Sequence record: NZ_CP044080.1
Direction: 5' to 3' (one strand)
Source: a plasmid
Length of the DNA: 64,000 bases
Below, piece after piece: positions 31,271-40,943 of this stretch (the first letter of the stretch is position 1; every line of letters starts with the position of its first letter). Made by a program: the position numbers and the translations under genes. Below the pieces are notes generated by a model. The model saw only the letters and a program-made list of their open reading frames with translations, was not told the DNA's origin and searched no databases.

Positions 31271-32173
31271 ATGAACATGCGGCAACGGCGCTACCTGCCG
31301 GGCCTTGGCCTGCTGACGGCCTTCGACGCGGTGATGCGCACCGGATCGGTGACGCGGGCGGCCCAGGACCTGGCGCTGACGCAAAGCACGGTCAGCCGTC
31401 TGGTCCAGACGCTCGAGGCACAGTTGGGCCAGCCCCTGTTCCTTCGCCGCCGCAAGCGCCTGCACCCGACCGAGGCCGCGCTGCGCTATCATCGCGACAT
31501 CGCGGCGGCGCTGGACAGTATCCAGCGCGCGACCATGGCGCTGGTCGCCAATCCCGACGGCGGGACGCTGGATCTGGCCGTCCTGCCGACCTTCGGCACG
31601 CGCTGGCTGGCGCCGCGGCTGCCCGATTTCCTGTCGGCCAATCCGGGCGTCACGGTGAACCTGACGACCCGCTTCACCCGCTTCGACTTTGCCACGGAAC
31701 GCTTTGACGCGATGATCTATTATGGCAGCGACGACTGGCCGGGGGCGGCGCATCTGAAACTGTTCGACGAACGCCTGACGGCCTGCGCCAGCCCCGCGCT
31801 GCTGATGGCCCATCCCGTCGCGGGCCCCGCCGACCTGCACGGCATGGTGCTGCTGCAACTCGCGACCCGGTCCGATGCCTGGGCGGCCTGGTTCCGGGGA
31901 CAAGGGGCGGCGCCCCCCGCCCGGATCGACGGGATGGTGATGGACCAGTTTTCCATGATGGTGCAGGCGGCGATCTCGGGGCTGGGGGTGGCGTTGCTGC
32001 CCGACTATCTGGCGCGCCCCGAGATCGCCGAGGGGCGGCTTGTCCCGATCCTGCGGCCCGGCGTCGCGGGACCCGGCGCCTATTGGCTGGCGTGGCCCGA
32101 AGACCGGGCCGAGGGAAAACCTCTGCAGGCCTTCCGCGGCTGGCTGGGGCGCAGCATCGCTGCCGCGCCCTGA
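31271..32173 (+). CDS. LysR-family transcriptional regulator (GcvA-like), divergent from gcdH
   Basis: LysR HTH (LTAFDAVMRTGSVTRAAQDLALTQSTVSRLV) plus substrate-binding domain. Confidence 0.85.
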   Translation: MNMRQRRYLPGLGLLTAFDAVMRTGSVTRAAQDLALTQSTVSRLVQTLEAQLGQPLFLRRRKRLHPTEAALRYHRDIAAALDSIQRATMALVANPDGGTLDLAVLPTFGTRWLAPRLPDFLSANPGVTVNLTTRFTRFDFATERFDAMIYYGSDDWPGAAHLKLFDERLTACASPALLMAHPVAGPADLHGMVLLQLATRSDAWAAWFRGQGAAPPARIDGMVMDQFSMMVQAAISGLGVALLPDYLARPEIAEGRLVPILRPGVAGPGAYWLAWPEDRAEGKPLQAFRGWLGRSIAAAP

Positions 32174-32177
32174 GCCG

Positions 32178-33560
32178 TCAGTTCAGCCCCACGCCCCCGG
32201 CCGAGGCCGCGCTGAGCGCGATGAAGTTCAGCGCCTGCTGGCGCACCGCGTCGGCCAGTTCCTGCCGCGCCGACAGCAGGGTGCGCTCGGCATCCAGCAC
32301 CGGGAAGAAGCCGGCCTCGCCCAGTTCATAGGAGGTCTGGGTCAGGCTGACGGATTCGCTGGCATTGCTGACCAGCCGGCTTTGCGCATCGACGGCGCGG
32401 GCATCGCGGTTATAGCCGGCCAGGGCGTTCTCGACCTCTTCCACCGCCTTCAGCACCGACGCCTGCCAGGCCAGCCGCGCCTGTTCGGCCCTTGCCTGGG
32501 CCGCGGACAGCCGGGCCTGGTTGGCGCCGCCGGAAAACAGCGGCACCGAAAGCTGCGGGCCAAAGCCCCAGGTCTTGGCGCTGCCGCCGCCCGAGATGTT
32601 GATGGGGGTGACAGTCCCCGACAGCGTCAGCTTGGGATAGAAGGCGGCGCGCGCCTCGCCCACGGCGGCGACGGCGGCGGCCAGGTTCGCCTCGGCCACG
32701 CGGACGTCGGGGCGGGCGCGGACCACATCGGCCGGGACGCCGACGCTGGCGCGATAGCGGGCGCGGGGCTGACCCCCGCCGCGCCGCAGCTGGGCGGCGA
32801 TGTCGGCGCTGCGCCCGGCGGTCAGCGTCGCCAGCCGGTTGATGGCCTGATCGCGCCCGACTTCCAGCGCAGGCAACGCGGCCTCGGCCTGGGTGACGAG
32901 CTGTTCGGCCTGCAGCACCTCGATGCGCGACACGCTGCCCAGCACGTCCTGTTCGCGGGTCAGGGCCAGGGTGCGCCTGCGGCTTTCCAGGCTTTGCCGG
33001 GTCAGGGCCAGGGCCTCCTGGTAATAGCGCGCGTCGACATAGGCCGAGGCGATGGCGCTGGCAACCGTCAGCCGCGCCACTTCGGCCGAGGAATAGGCCG
33101 CGTCCAGCTGCGCCGCCGCCCCTTGCCGCGCCGCGCGGTTCTGGCCGAAGATGTCGATCAGCCAGGACACGCCCAGCGTGGCCGAGGTGGTGTCGGAAAC
33201 GATGCCGGTGCCTTCGCTGTCGCCCCGGTTCGCGGCGCCCGAAACGGTCGCCTGCGGCAGGTCGTTCGCACCGACCAGCCGGGCGTTGGCCTGCGCCTCG
33301 CGGATCACCGAGACGGCGGTCTGCACGTCCAGGTTCCGCTTCAGCCCGGCGGCGATCAGCCCGTCCAGCCGGCTGTCGCGGAAGGCCGCCCACCAGATGT
33401 TGCTGCCGGCGCGGCGGGCGGGGCTGTCGGCGGCGAAGCGTTCGGGCAGATCGGCCTTGGGCGCGGTCAGGCCGCCCCCGCCCGGCGCGCAGGCCGCCAG
33501 CGCAAGCGTCGAGGCCATGGCGCCCAGCATCATGCGGCGCGAAAGGGTATGTTGTCTCAT
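32178..33560 (-). CDS. RND efflux outer-membrane factor lipoprotein (NodT/OprM family)
   Basis: Lipobox LALAAC and two OEP repeats; start trimmed to MRQHTLSRRMM at 33560. Confidence 0.85.
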   Translation of the reverse strand: MRQHTLSRRMMLGAMASTLALAACAPGGGGLTAPKADLPERFAADSPARRAGSNIWWAAFRDSRLDGLIAAGLKRNLDVQTAVSVIREAQANARLVGANDLPQATVSGAANRGDSEGTGIVSDTTSATLGVSWLIDIFGQNRAARQGAAAQLDAAYSSAEVARLTVASAIASAYVDARYYQEALALTRQSLESRRRTLALTREQDVLGSVSRIEVLQAEQLVTQAEAALPALEVGRDQAINRLATLTAGRSADIAAQLRRGGGQPRARYRASVGVPADVVRARPDVRVAEANLAAAVAAVGEARAAFYPKLTLSGTVTPINISGGGSAKTWGFGPQLSVPLFSGGANQARLSAAQARAEQARLAWQASVLKAVEEVENALAGYNRDARAVDAQSRLVSNASESVSLTQTSYELGEAGFFPVLDAERTLLSARQELADAVRQQALNFIALSAASAGGVGLN

Positions 33561-33618
33561 GTCAGGTCTCGGATGGAGTGAGGGGGCGCGCAGGCCCGAA
33601 GGCCCGCGCGAAGGCCGG

Positions 33619-36600
33619 TCATTCGGCCGGCTGGGGACCCGCCGCGCGGCCGCGCGCCCGGCTGAACAGGCCCAGCACAAAGACGAAGAACACCGGCACG
33701 AAGAAGATCGCCAGAACGGTGGCCGCGACCATGCCGCCGATGACCCCGGTGCCGATGGCGTTCTGGCTGGCGGCCGAGGGACCGGTGGCAATGGCCAGCG
33801 GCACCACGCCCAGCGTGAAGGCCAGCGAAGTCATCAGGATCGGGCGGAAGCGCAGCTTCGCGGCCGTCACCGCCGCCTCGATCAGGCTTTGGCCCTGTTC
33901 GCGCAGGTCCTTGGCGAATTCGACGATCAGGATGGCGTTCTTGGCCGACAGCCCAATGATCGCGATCAGCCCCACCTTGAAGTAGATGTCGTTCGGCATG
34001 TCGCGCAGCAGGACGGCGACCACGCAGCCTAGGACGCCCAACGGCACCACCAGCATCACCGACAAGGGGATCGACCAGCTTTCGTAAAGCCCCGACAGCA
34101 GCAGGAAGACGAACAGGATGCTCATGGCATAAAGCAGCGTCGCCTGCGACCCGGCCTGGATCTCCTCGAGGGACTGGCCGGTCCATTCATAGCCGAAGCC
34201 CTGCGGCAGCTGCTCGGCCAGGCGCTCCATCTCGGCCATGGCGGCCCCGGAGCTGTAGCCCGGCGCGGCGTTGCCGGCGATGCGGATCGACGGATAGCCG
34301 TTATAGCCCACCACCTGCGACGGCCCCTGTTCCCAGGTCACGCTGGCAAAGGACGAAAAGGGCACCATGCCGCCGTTCGTGTTGCGCACGGTCAGGGCCA
34401 GGATGTCCTCGGTGCTCATGCGGGCATTGTCGTCGGCCTGGACCATGACGCGCTGCATCTTGCCGGCGTTGGGGAAGTCGTTGACATAGGCCGAGCCCAG
34501 GTACTGCGAGATCGTGGCCGAGATGTCGGCGAAGGTCACGCCGAAGGCATTGGCCTTTTCCCGGTCGATGGTGACGAAGACCTGCGCGGCCGAAGGCAGC
34601 CCCTCGATCCGCAGGCCGGTGACGATGCCGCCCTTCTGGGCCTCGGCCATGATCTGCCCTGCGGCGGCCAGCAGCGCCTCTTGCCCCTGCCCGCCGCGGT
34701 CCTGCAGGCGGAAGCTGAAGCCCCCCGTGGTGCCGAAGCCGGGGATCGGCGGCGGGGACAGCGCGAAGGCCTGCGCGTCCTGATAGCCGAAAAGCTGCAT
34801 GTTCGCCGCCATCGCGATGTCCTCGGCGCTGCGCTCGCGCTCGCCCCAGTCCTTGAAGGTGGTGAAGATCAGCCCCGCGTTCGGCCCCTGCCCCGAAAAG
34901 CTGAAGCCCCGGATCGAGACGGTGTTTTCCACCTCGGGCATGGCTGCATACATCTCGGTCGCGGCAGCCAGCACCTGGTCGGTGCGGTTCGAGCTGGCGG
35001 CAGGCGGCGTCTGCACGTCCGTGATGATGAAGCCCTGGTCCTCGTTCGGCAGGAAGCTGGTGGGCAGGCGCAGGAAGCCGAAGGCCGTGGCCCCGACCAG
35101 CACCAGATAGAACGCCATCATCACCAGCCGCCGCCGCGTCACCAACGACACGGACTGGCCATAGCGCGCGGTCAGGCGGTCGAAGTTGCGGTTGAACCAG
35201 CCAAAGAAGCCGCGCCGTTCGTGATGGCCCTTGATCGGCTTGAGGAAGGTCGCGCAGAGCGCCGGGGTCAGCGTCAGCGCCAGGAAGGCCGAGAACAGGA
35301 TCGCCGTGACCATGGTCAGCGCGAACTGGCGATAGATGATCCCGGACGAGCCCGGGAAGAACGCCATCGGCACGAACACCGCCGCCAGCACCAGCGTGAT
35401 GCCGACGATGGCGCCGGAAATCTGTCCCATGGCCTTTTGCGTGGCTTCCTTGGGCGGCAGCCCTTCGGTCGCCATGATGCGCTCGACGTTCTCGATCACC
35501 ACGATGGCGTCATCGACCAGGATGCCGATGGCCAGCACCATGGCGAACATGGTCAGCACGTTGATCGAGAACCCCGCCACCAGCATGACGGCGACGGTGC
35601 CGGCCAGCGCGATGGGCACCACGATGGTCGGAATGATCGTATAGCGGAAGTTCTGCAGGAACAGGAACATCACCGCAAAGACCAGCACCATCGCCTCGAC
35701 CAGGGTGTGCAGCACCTTTTCAATCGAGGCCTCGACGAAGGGCGTGGTGTCGTAGGGGATCTGGTAGCTCACACCCTGCGGAAAGAACTGGGACAGTTCC
35801 TCCATCTTGGCATGCACCGCCTCGGAGGTGTTCAGCGCGTTGCCGGTGGTCGACAGCTGGATGCCCATCGCCGCCGCCGGCTTGCCGTTGATGCGCGAGC
35901 CGAAGCTGTAGGTTTCGGCCCCGATCTCGATGCGGGCCACGTCGCGCAGCAGGACGGCCGATCCGTCCGGGTTGGCGCGCAGCACGATCTTGCCGAACTC
36001 CTCGGGGTCGGAAAGCTGTCCCTTGATCAGCACGTTCGCGGTCAGTTGCTGGCCCACGGGGTTCGGGTCCGCGCCGACCTTGCCGGCGGACACCTGGGCG
36101 TTCTGCGCCCGCACCGCCGCCACCACATCGGCGCTGGACAGGTTCAGGCCGGTCATCTTGGCCGGGTCGATCCAGATGCGCAACGCCCGTTCGGGGGCAA
36201 AGACCTGCGCCCGGCCCACGCCCTCGATCCGGCGGATTTCGCCCGCGACGTTGCGGTTGATGTAATCCCCCAGCGCGATGTCGTTCAGCGACCCGTCGTC
36301 CGAGGTCAGCGCGACCATCATCAGAAAGCCCGAACCGGCCTCCTCGACCAGCACGCCCTGGTCCACCACGCTTTGCGGCAGCAGCGGTTCGACCCGCGCG
36401 ACGGCGTTCTGCACATCGACCTGGGCGCGCGCGACGTCGGTTCCGGGCTCGAAGGTCGCGGTGATCGACATGGCGCCGGAACTGTCCGAGACGGATTCGT
36501 AATAGGCGAGCCCCTCGACACCGTTCAGCTCATCCTCGATGGGCTGGGCGACGGACTGGTTGATCTCGCCCGGCGCGGCGCCGGTGTAGCTGGTCGAGAT

Positions 36601-36732
36601 GGTGATCTGCGGCCAGGCGACCTGCGGATACTGCGCCACCGGAATGCTGGGCAGCGAGATCAGCCCCGCAATGACGATGAAGATCGAGATCACCCAGGCC
36701 AGGACCGGGCGGGTGATGAAGAATTGTGCCAT
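33619..36732 (-). CDS. RND multidrug efflux permease (AcrB/MexB family)
   Basis: 1037 aa, 12 TM helices and two large periplasmic loops; canonical HAE1 family. Confidence 0.95.
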   Translation of the reverse strand: MAQFFITRPVLAWVISIFIVIAGLISLPSIPVAQYPQVAWPQITISTSYTGAAPGEINQSVAQPIEDELNGVEGLAYYESVSDSSGAMSITATFEPGTDVARAQVDVQNAVARVEPLLPQSVVDQGVLVEEAGSGFLMMVALTSDDGSLNDIALGDYINRNVAGEIRRIEGVGRAQVFAPERALRIWIDPAKMTGLNLSSADVVAAVRAQNAQVSAGKVGADPNPVGQQLTANVLIKGQLSDPEEFGKIVLRANPDGSAVLLRDVARIEIGAETYSFGSRINGKPAAAMGIQLSTTGNALNTSEAVHAKMEELSQFFPQGVSYQIPYDTTPFVEASIEKVLHTLVEAMVLVFAVMFLFLQNFRYTIIPTIVVPIALAGTVAVMLVAGFSINVLTMFAMVLAIGILVDDAIVVIENVERIMATEGLPPKEATQKAMGQISGAIVGITLVLAAVFVPMAFFPGSSGIIYRQFALTMVTAILFSAFLALTLTPALCATFLKPIKGHHERRGFFGWFNRNFDRLTARYGQSVSLVTRRRLVMMAFYLVLVGATAFGFLRLPTSFLPNEDQGFIITDVQTPPAASSNRTDQVLAAATEMYAAMPEVENTVSIRGFSFSGQGPNAGLIFTTFKDWGERERSAEDIAMAANMQLFGYQDAQAFALSPPPIPGFGTTGGFSFRLQDRGGQGQEALLAAAGQIMAEAQKGGIVTGLRIEGLPSAAQVFVTIDREKANAFGVTFADISATISQYLGSAYVNDFPNAGKMQRVMVQADDNARMSTEDILALTVRNTNGGMVPFSSFASVTWEQGPSQVVGYNGYPSIRIAGNAAPGYSSGAAMAEMERLAEQLPQGFGYEWTGQSLEEIQAGSQATLLYAMSILFVFLLLSGLYESWSIPLSVMLVVPLGVLGCVVAVLLRDMPNDIYFKVGLIAIIGLSAKNAILIVEFAKDLREQGQSLIEAAVTAAKLRFRPILMTSLAFTLGVVPLAIATGPSAASQNAIGTGVIGGMVAATVLAIFFVPVFFVFVLGLFSRARGRAAGPQPAE

Positions 36733-36735
36733 GTT

Positions 36736-37911
36736 TTAGCCCCGCGCTTCCTGCACCGCCGGGGCGGTCTCGGCCTCGGCCTTCTCGCCGGCCGCCTCGA
36801 CGGGCTGGGGCACCACCTTGGCGTCGGGGTAAAGCTTCTGCGCGCCGGCGACGACGACCTTGTCGCCCGGCTCGAGGCCGCTTTCGACCAGCCAGCGGTT
36901 GCCGGTGGTCTGGCCCAGCGTCACGTCGCGGCGCTCGACCGTGTCGGCATCCTTCAGCGCATAGACATAGGCCTGGCCCGACTGGTCGCGCTGCACCGCC
37001 ATTTGCGGGATGGTCAGGGCGTTTTCGCGCACCGCCTGTTCGACGCGGGCGCGAACGTAAAGCCCGGGCAGCAACACGTCGTCGGGGTTCGGGAATTCCG
37101 CCCGCAGCGTGATCTGCCCGGTCGTGCTGTCGACGCTGGCTTCCGAGAACAGCAGCCGGCCCGGATGGGGATATTCGCTGCCGTCGTCGAAGATCAACTG
37201 GACCCGCGCCTCGTTCTCGCTGGCCATCACCAGACGGCCGGCGTCGCGCGCCCGGCGCAGCGCGAACAGTTCCGAAGCCGATTGCGTCACGTCCACATAG
37301 ACCGGATCCAGTTGCTGGATGGTCGCCATCACGTCGGACTGGGCATTGACCAGCGCCCCCTCGGTCACCAGGGCGCGGCCGACCACGCCCGAGATCGGCG
37401 CGGTGACGTCGGTATAGCCCAGGTTCAACTCGGCCTCTTGCAGGGCGGCGCGGGCGATGGCCACGTCCGCCTCGGCCTGGGCCAGGGTGGTGGTGGCGTT
37501 TTCCAGATCGACGCCCGCGGTCACGCGGCGTTCGCGCAGCGCTTCGGCCCGGGCCATCTGGTCCCTGGCGTTGTCGCGCGTGGCCTCGGCCCGGGCGAGC
37601 GTGGCCTGGGCGCTGGTGACGCGGACCGCAAAGGGCGCCGGGTCGATCTTGTAAAGAACCGCGCCTTCCTCGATGCGGCTGCCCTGTTCGAAGACGCGGC
37701 TGACCACGATGCCGCCCACGCGCGGACGCACCTCGGCGGTGCGGGTGGCGGCGACCCGGCCCGGCAGTTCGTTCACGATGGGCAGCGCCTCGGGGGTCAT
37801 GGTCTGGACGCTGACCACGGGCGGGGGAAGCTCTTGCGCCAGGGCCGGGGGCGCCAGCAGGAAAAGGGCGGCCAGCCAGGCGATGCGGCCTGGAAATCTA
37901 TCGGAATGCAT
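36736..37911 (-). CDS. RND efflux periplasmic adaptor (AcrA/MexA membrane-fusion protein)
   Basis: Signal/lipoprotein N-terminus with biotinyl-lipoyl and beta-barrel MFP domains; 3 nt upstream of the RND pump. Confidence 0.9.
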   Translation of the reverse strand: MHSDRFPGRIAWLAALFLLAPPALAQELPPPVVSVQTMTPEALPIVNELPGRVAATRTAEVRPRVGGIVVSRVFEQGSRIEEGAVLYKIDPAPFAVRVTSAQATLARAEATRDNARDQMARAEALRERRVTAGVDLENATTTLAQAEADVAIARAALQEAELNLGYTDVTAPISGVVGRALVTEGALVNAQSDVMATIQQLDPVYVDVTQSASELFALRRARDAGRLVMASENEARVQLIFDDGSEYPHPGRLLFSEASVDSTTGQITLRAEFPNPDDVLLPGLYVRARVEQAVRENALTIPQMAVQRDQSGQAYVYALKDADTVERRDVTLGQTTGNRWLVESGLEPGDKVVVAGAQKLYPDAKVVPQPVEAAGEKAEAETAPAVQEARG

Positions 37912-37921
37912 GGTCTGTCTT

Positions 37922-38506
37922 TCAGTCTGAGGAGGGCTTTTCGGTCAGGTCGGCGCCGGGATCGCGTTCCGCGAGCGCCATCAGGTCATCCAGGATTTCG
38001 TTGCGGGTCACCTCGTCGAAGCGGTGAAAGCCGAAACATTCGACGAACATCATGCCGTGCAGCGTCAGCAGGACGCGCAGCATCTGGCGCGGCTCGGCGG
38101 CCTCGGCGGCGATGCGCCTGGCGTCGGCGGACAGGGCCTGCTGCATGATCTCGCGGCATTCGGCATTCTCGCCCATGCTGGCGCTGATCAGCATCGTGAT
38201 GGCGATGTCGTCGTCGGTGGGCGCGGTGCGGAATTCGTCGATCAGAGCCCGCAGGAAGGCGTTGGATTGGCCCTGGCGGCGGTTCAGCGCGTCCTCGACC
38301 CGGTCGTGGAACTGCGCGATCTGCGAGCGCGTGAATTCGGCCAGCAGGCCGGCCTTGCCCTGGCAGTCATAAACCACGCTGGACTTGCTGACGCCCGCCT
38401 CCTTGGCGACGGCGTCGATGGACAGGCCGCTGACGCCGGCAAGGCGGGCGACCGCGTCGACGGCCCGCATCAGTTCGTCGCGATCGATGCTGCGCTTGCG
38501 TCCCAC
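37922..38506 (-). CDS. TetR/AcrR-family repressor of the efflux operon
   Basis: N-terminal TetR HTH (LMRAVDAVARLAGVSGLSIDAVAKEAGVSKSSVVY); first gene of the co-oriented efflux operon; GTG start. Confidence 0.85.
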   Translation of the reverse strand: MGRKRSIDRDELMRAVDAVARLAGVSGLSIDAVAKEAGVSKSSVVYDCQGKAGLLAEFTRSQIAQFHDRVEDALNRRQGQSNAFLRALIDEFRTAPTDDDIAITMLISASMGENAECREIMQQALSADARRIAAEAAEPRQMLRVLLTLHGMMFVECFGFHRFDEVTRNEILDDLMALAERDPGADLTEKPSSD

Positions 38507-38524
38507 GGTCTGCCTCGATTATTT

Positions 38525-38539
38525 CCGTACGATCGTTCG
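38525..38539. promoter_or_regulatory. putative TetR operator
   Basis: Near-perfect palindrome GTACGATCGTTC (core ACGATCGT) lying 20 nt upstream of the TetR start. Confidence 0.35.
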
Positions 38540-38595
38540 TAAATAAATCGCTGCGGCGCGTCAACCCGCCCCGGCGACTTGCCCAGGCCCCCGCG

Positions 38596-39327
38596 ATGCG
38601 TCACAGTTCCCTCGCAAGGGGTCAGGGGGAAGGCGTGCAGGACTGGCTGGACGAAAAGCTGCCGATCAGCCGCAAGAACGCGGCCGAGGTCGTGTTCGAG
38701 GACCTGCGCCGTGCCATCCTGTCGGGCCGCATTCCCGTGGGCAGCCGCCTGCCGTCCGAGGAAAAGCTCGGCCGCAGCTACGGCGTCAGCCGCCCCATCA
38801 TCCGCGAGGCGATGCGGTCGCTGCAGACGCTGGGCCTGACCCGCGCGCGGTCGGGCAGCGGCAGCTTTGTCATCTCGGACCGGCAGCAGGCGGACCTGGC
38901 CTTCGGCGACGTGACCGCGCGCGACCTGATCGAGGCACGCCCCCATATCGAGATTCCCGCCGCCGGCCTTGCCGCGCTGCGCCGCACCCCGGAACAGCTT
39001 TCCCGCCTGCTTGCGCTGTGCGACCAGATGGAGCGGCAGGTCGCCAGCCTGACCTGGGTCGGGCTCGATTCCGAGTTCCACGGGCTGATCGCCCAGGCGG
39101 GGCAGAACGCCCTGTTCGCCCGGATCGTCGCCGAATCGCGCGATGCGCTGCAAAAGCAGTCCGAACTGGTGAACATGATGGCCGACCGCCGCATGGCCTC
39201 GAACGCCGAGCATCGCCTGATCGCCGCCGCCATCGCCGACGGGGACGAAGCCGCGGCCCAGGACGCGATGCAGCGCCACCTGGACCGCGTGGCCCGGGCG
39301 GTCGCGGGCATCACCGGCGGGGCCTGA
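38596..39327 (+). CDS. GntR/FadR-family (FCD) transcriptional regulator
   Basis: GntR wHTH (SEEKLGRSYGVSRPIIREAMRSLQTLGL) plus FCD domain; immediately upstream of the MotAB-like operon. Confidence 0.75.
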   Translation: MRHSSLARGQGEGVQDWLDEKLPISRKNAAEVVFEDLRRAILSGRIPVGSRLPSEEKLGRSYGVSRPIIREAMRSLQTLGLTRARSGSGSFVISDRQQADLAFGDVTARDLIEARPHIEIPAAGLAALRRTPEQLSRLLALCDQMERQVASLTWVGLDSEFHGLIAQAGQNALFARIVAESRDALQKQSELVNMMADRRMASNAEHRLIAAAIADGDEAAAQDAMQRHLDRVARAVAGITGGA

Positions 39328-39530
39328 GCCCTGAGGCCCCGGCCCGACCTCTCGGGCATGTGAGACGCGCCGGACTTTCAACTTCCGCCCATTCCCCGCA
39401 TTCTGCCAGGCTCTTAACCGATTATCCCCCGAGCGTTGGACGTCGGGTGAACGAATTTGTTAACTTGCGGCGGCCCGCCGTCCCCGGACATTAGGGCCCC
39501 TGACCACCACGCCCGATTCGAAGGAAACCC

Positions 39531-40943
39531 ATGCTAGAGCGCCTGAAGGCCATGTTCCGGTCGGACGATGTGATCTCGACCCTGTCGGTTTTCCCCGAGA
39601 TCGACGAGGAAAAGATCCAGCGCGAGCTGGCGCTTGAATCCCAGGGCCGCGACCGGGGGGCCCGCAACCAGCCCGAGCCTTCCGCGCAGGAGCCCGACCA
39701 TATCGAGACCGCGATCATCACCCGGATCGAGGCGCTGCGCCGCACCGGGCTGGAGAACTACGAACAGTATCGCCGCGTCTACAACGAACGCCTGGCCCGC
39801 GCGGGCGACGCCAAGAAAGAGGTCGAGATCGTCGCGGGCCGCGCGCGCAACGAATTCGGCGCCTCGGTCCAGGGATGGAAGACGACGATGACGCCGACCA
39901 TCGAGCGGCTGAACGAAACCTATACCTATCGCCGCCATTTCCGCGACCGGCACCGGCTGATCCGCCCCGCCCGCCAGTTCGAGGGCTGGGTCAAGTTCGC
40001 CGCGCTGGCGGTCATCTACATCGTCATCGAATCGGCGATGAACAGCTTCATGTTCTCGCGCGGGAACGAATCCGGGCTGCTGGGCGGGCTGCTGACCGCC
40101 TTCATCTTTTCGGCGCTGAACGTTCTGGTCAGCATCCTGATGGGCTATTTCGCGCGATATGTGAACCACACCAACCTGCTGAAAAAGCTGTTCGGCCTGC
40201 TGGTGATCCTGGCCTGGATCGGGTTCGCGGTCGCGCTGAACCTGATGATTGCCCATTTCCGCGACCTGATCGACGCCGGCGCGACATGGGAGGCCGCGTT
40301 GCGCCAGGCGGTCCCGAACCTGACCGCCGGCCCCGTGGCGCTGACCGGCATGGACAGCTGGATCCTGGTGGGGATCGGCGGCTTCATCTCGACCCTCGCC
40401 TTTCTCAAGGGCTGGACCGCCGAGGACCCGTTCCCCGGCTATTCCCAAGTCGAAGGCGAATTGGCCCGCGCCCGCCGCCGGCACGAGATCGACATGACCC
40501 GCGCGCTGGACGAGCTGACCGACCGCCGCGACGAAGCGATCGAGGAGCTGCGCGACGCCGATCGCCAGGTCCGCGACGGCATCACCGAGGCCATCGATGC
40601 GCTGTTCGGCCAAAGTGCCCTGAACGCGCATCTGGAAACCTTCCTGGAACAGTGTGACCTGAAGTTGGCGCATCTGCTGGCGGTCTATCGCGACGCGAAC
40701 CGCAATGCCCGGACCGAACCTGCGCCCCCCAGCTTTGCCCGCGTCCACCGCTTTGCCGCCTTCACCCCCGCCCGGATCGAGGACGGGCGCAAGACCAATG
40801 CCGAGGCCGAGGCCGCCAAGGTCACCGAGACCGTCGATGCCGCCATCGCCGACATCTTTGCGCAGTTCGAAAACGCCCGCCGCGAGTTTCGCCTGCCCGA
40901 AGAAATCCAGCGCGGCGACCACCTGGCGGCGGGGCGGGCCTGA
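39531..40943 (+). CDS. uncharacterised 4-TM membrane protein with N- and C-terminal cytoplasmic coiled-coil domains (gene 1 of the MotAB-like operon)
   Basis: 470 aa. Charged N-terminal ~150 aa; four hydrophobic helices (VKFAALAVIYIVIESAMNSFMF, LLGGLLTAFIFSALNVLVSILMGYF, LFGLLVILAWIGFAVALNLMIAHF, WILVGIGGFISTLAFLKGW); Arg/Glu/Asp-rich heptad-like C-terminus. Good SD GAAGGAAA. I recognise no known catalytic motif. Confidence 0.7.
   Translation: MLERLKAMFRSDDVISTLSVFPEIDEEKIQRELALESQGRDRGARNQPEPSAQEPDHIETAIITRIEALRRTGLENYEQYRRVYNERLARAGDAKKEVEIVAGRARNEFGASVQGWKTTMTPTIERLNETYTYRRHFRDRHRLIRPARQFEGWVKFAALAVIYIVIESAMNSFMFSRGNESGLLGGLLTAFIFSALNVLVSILMGYFARYVNHTNLLKKLFGLLVILAWIGFAVALNLMIAHFRDLIDAGATWEAALRQAVPNLTAGPVALTGMDSWILVGIGGFISTLAFLKGWTAEDPFPGYSQVEGELARARRRHEIDMTRALDELTDRRDEAIEELRDADRQVRDGITEAIDALFGQSALNAHLETFLEQCDLKLAHLLAVYRDANRNARTEPAPPSFARVHRFAAFTPARIEDGRKTNAEAEAAKVTETVDAAIADIFAQFENARREFRLPEEIQRGDHLAAGRA

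Noticed and set aside
34681-38148. 1155-aa plus-strand ORF spanning the RND pump/MFP/TetR region
   Set aside because: Antisense shadow of three well-defined minus-strand genes; composition is Arg/Gly/Asp/His-rich with no motifs.
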